From Circinaria calcarea (Eukaryota), in the NCBI GenBank assembly GCA_051942165.1, contig JAVECS010000036.1, positions 1 to 33,257 of the forward strand: a stretch of DNA of 33,257 nt. The letters are read 5' to 3'. Below, piece by piece: positions 32,315 to 33,257 of this stretch (the first letter of the stretch is position 1; each line of letters opens with the position of its first letter). The position numbers and the translations under genes are program-made. Below the pieces are notes generated by a model. It did not search any database. It had not been told where the DNA came from and saw only the letters and a list, made by a program, of their open reading frames with translations.

Positions 32315-33257
32315 ATGTCTTTCCAATCTATACCTGTCCTGGACCTTTCCCAGGCGCATGTTGGAGAAACCAAGTCCGCCTTTCTTGAGGACCTTCGTTA
32401 TGCACTCATGGAAGTCGGCTTCTTTTACATCAGCAACACAGGTATAGAGAATGCACTCACCCAGGACGTTATCACACAAGGAAAGCGGTTCTTCGATCTA
32501 CCTGAGGAGAAGAAGCTAGAAGTACAGATGAAGAATGCGGCAAGCTTTCTAGGTACAAATGCGCGCATCAAGCTCATCCCACGGGACGGCGCTGACCTTC
32601 AGGTTACAACAAACTCGGCAATGAAATCACGCGGCATAAGGTTGATTGGCGTGAACAAATCGACCTTTCAACTCCGCATCCGCTTCCATTGCCCAGCGCC
32701 CCCATCTACCACAACCTCCTCGCCCCCAACCAATGGCCAGATCCAGCTTTCCTTCCCTCATTCCGGCCGGTATATGAAACATACATTCGCCAGATGTCTG
32801 CCCTCTCCACATCATTCACCAGCCTCATTGCCGAAGCACTCGATCTACCAGCAACCGCCTTTGACAGATTCTTCGACGCTGACCAGCAGCACAAGCTCAA
32901 GGTTGTCAAATACCCCGATATAGCAGAGCTGGGGGTGGCGGAGGGCGTAGAATCGCAAGGAGTCGGACCGCACAAGGACAGCATGCTCACGTCCTATCTT
33001 TTGCAAGCGTCGCACCATCACGGTCTTCAGGCACAGAATATGGCAGGCGAGTGGATCGACTGCCCTCCCATTGCGGGAACGCTTGTGGTCGCGATAGGTC
33101 AGGGACTCGAAGCAATCACGCATGGTGTTTGTGCTAGCACCACGCACCGAGTTCTTAGTCCAGGCAGAGGACAAGGGGCGCGGTTCAGTGTGCCCTTCTT
33201 CCAGGGTGTGAGCTACGATGCAACATTTGAGAGCGTAGATGTCCCGGAGCAGATTAG
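32315..33257 (+). CDS. 2OG-Fe(II) dioxygenase, IPNS-like family (3'-truncated by the window)
   Basis: Exon 1 32315-32552 (IPVLDLS, EVGFFYISN, FFDLPEEKK), intron 32553-32602, exon 2 GYNKLGNEIT...DWREQIDL...PNQWP...KLKVVKYP...GVGPHKDS...TTHRV...RFSVPFFQG. Confidence 0.92.

Noticed and set aside
3765..33257. Two 2OG-Fe(II) dioxygenases as a duplication or a secondary-metabolite cluster
   Set aside because: They are 27 kb apart, clearly divergent in sequence, and there is no PKS/NRPS/terpene backbone gene in the window.

Overview
Eukaryotic genomic DNA from a filamentous ascomycete (Pezizomycotina), with short 45-100 nt spliceosomal introns and CTRAC-like branch sites. A lichen-forming lineage is possible but is only a guess. 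Hand-spliced gene models, left to right: (1) 3' end of a PTH11-like membrane protein; (2) an APC/ACT amino-acid/choline permease with a frameshift at ~1745; (3) a 2OG-Fe(II) dioxygenase; (4-6) an accessory ~9.7 kb island with a divergent CorA-like 2-TM protein (GMN motif replaced by STN), a tandem kinase-pseudokinase, and a convergent kinase-Sel1-like-TPR protein with no NACHT/NB-ARC; (7-9) a conserved core block of chk1, a UBE2C/Ubc11-type E2 and the Sln1/TcsB hybrid histidine kinase; (10) a Cys-patterned two-module hypothetical protein; an inverted-repeat element; (11) a PD-(D/E)XK-like protein with a C-terminal AT-hook; (12) an orphan, 5'-truncated histidine-kinase receiver remnant; (13) a second 2OG-Fe(II) dioxygenase running off the end. 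The best candidate for an undescribed system is the CorA-like / kinase-pseudokinase / kinase-TPR island, which resembles a sensor-relay-membrane-effector (non-self recognition or regulated cell death) locus. That role is inferred, not shown. No database searches were run.
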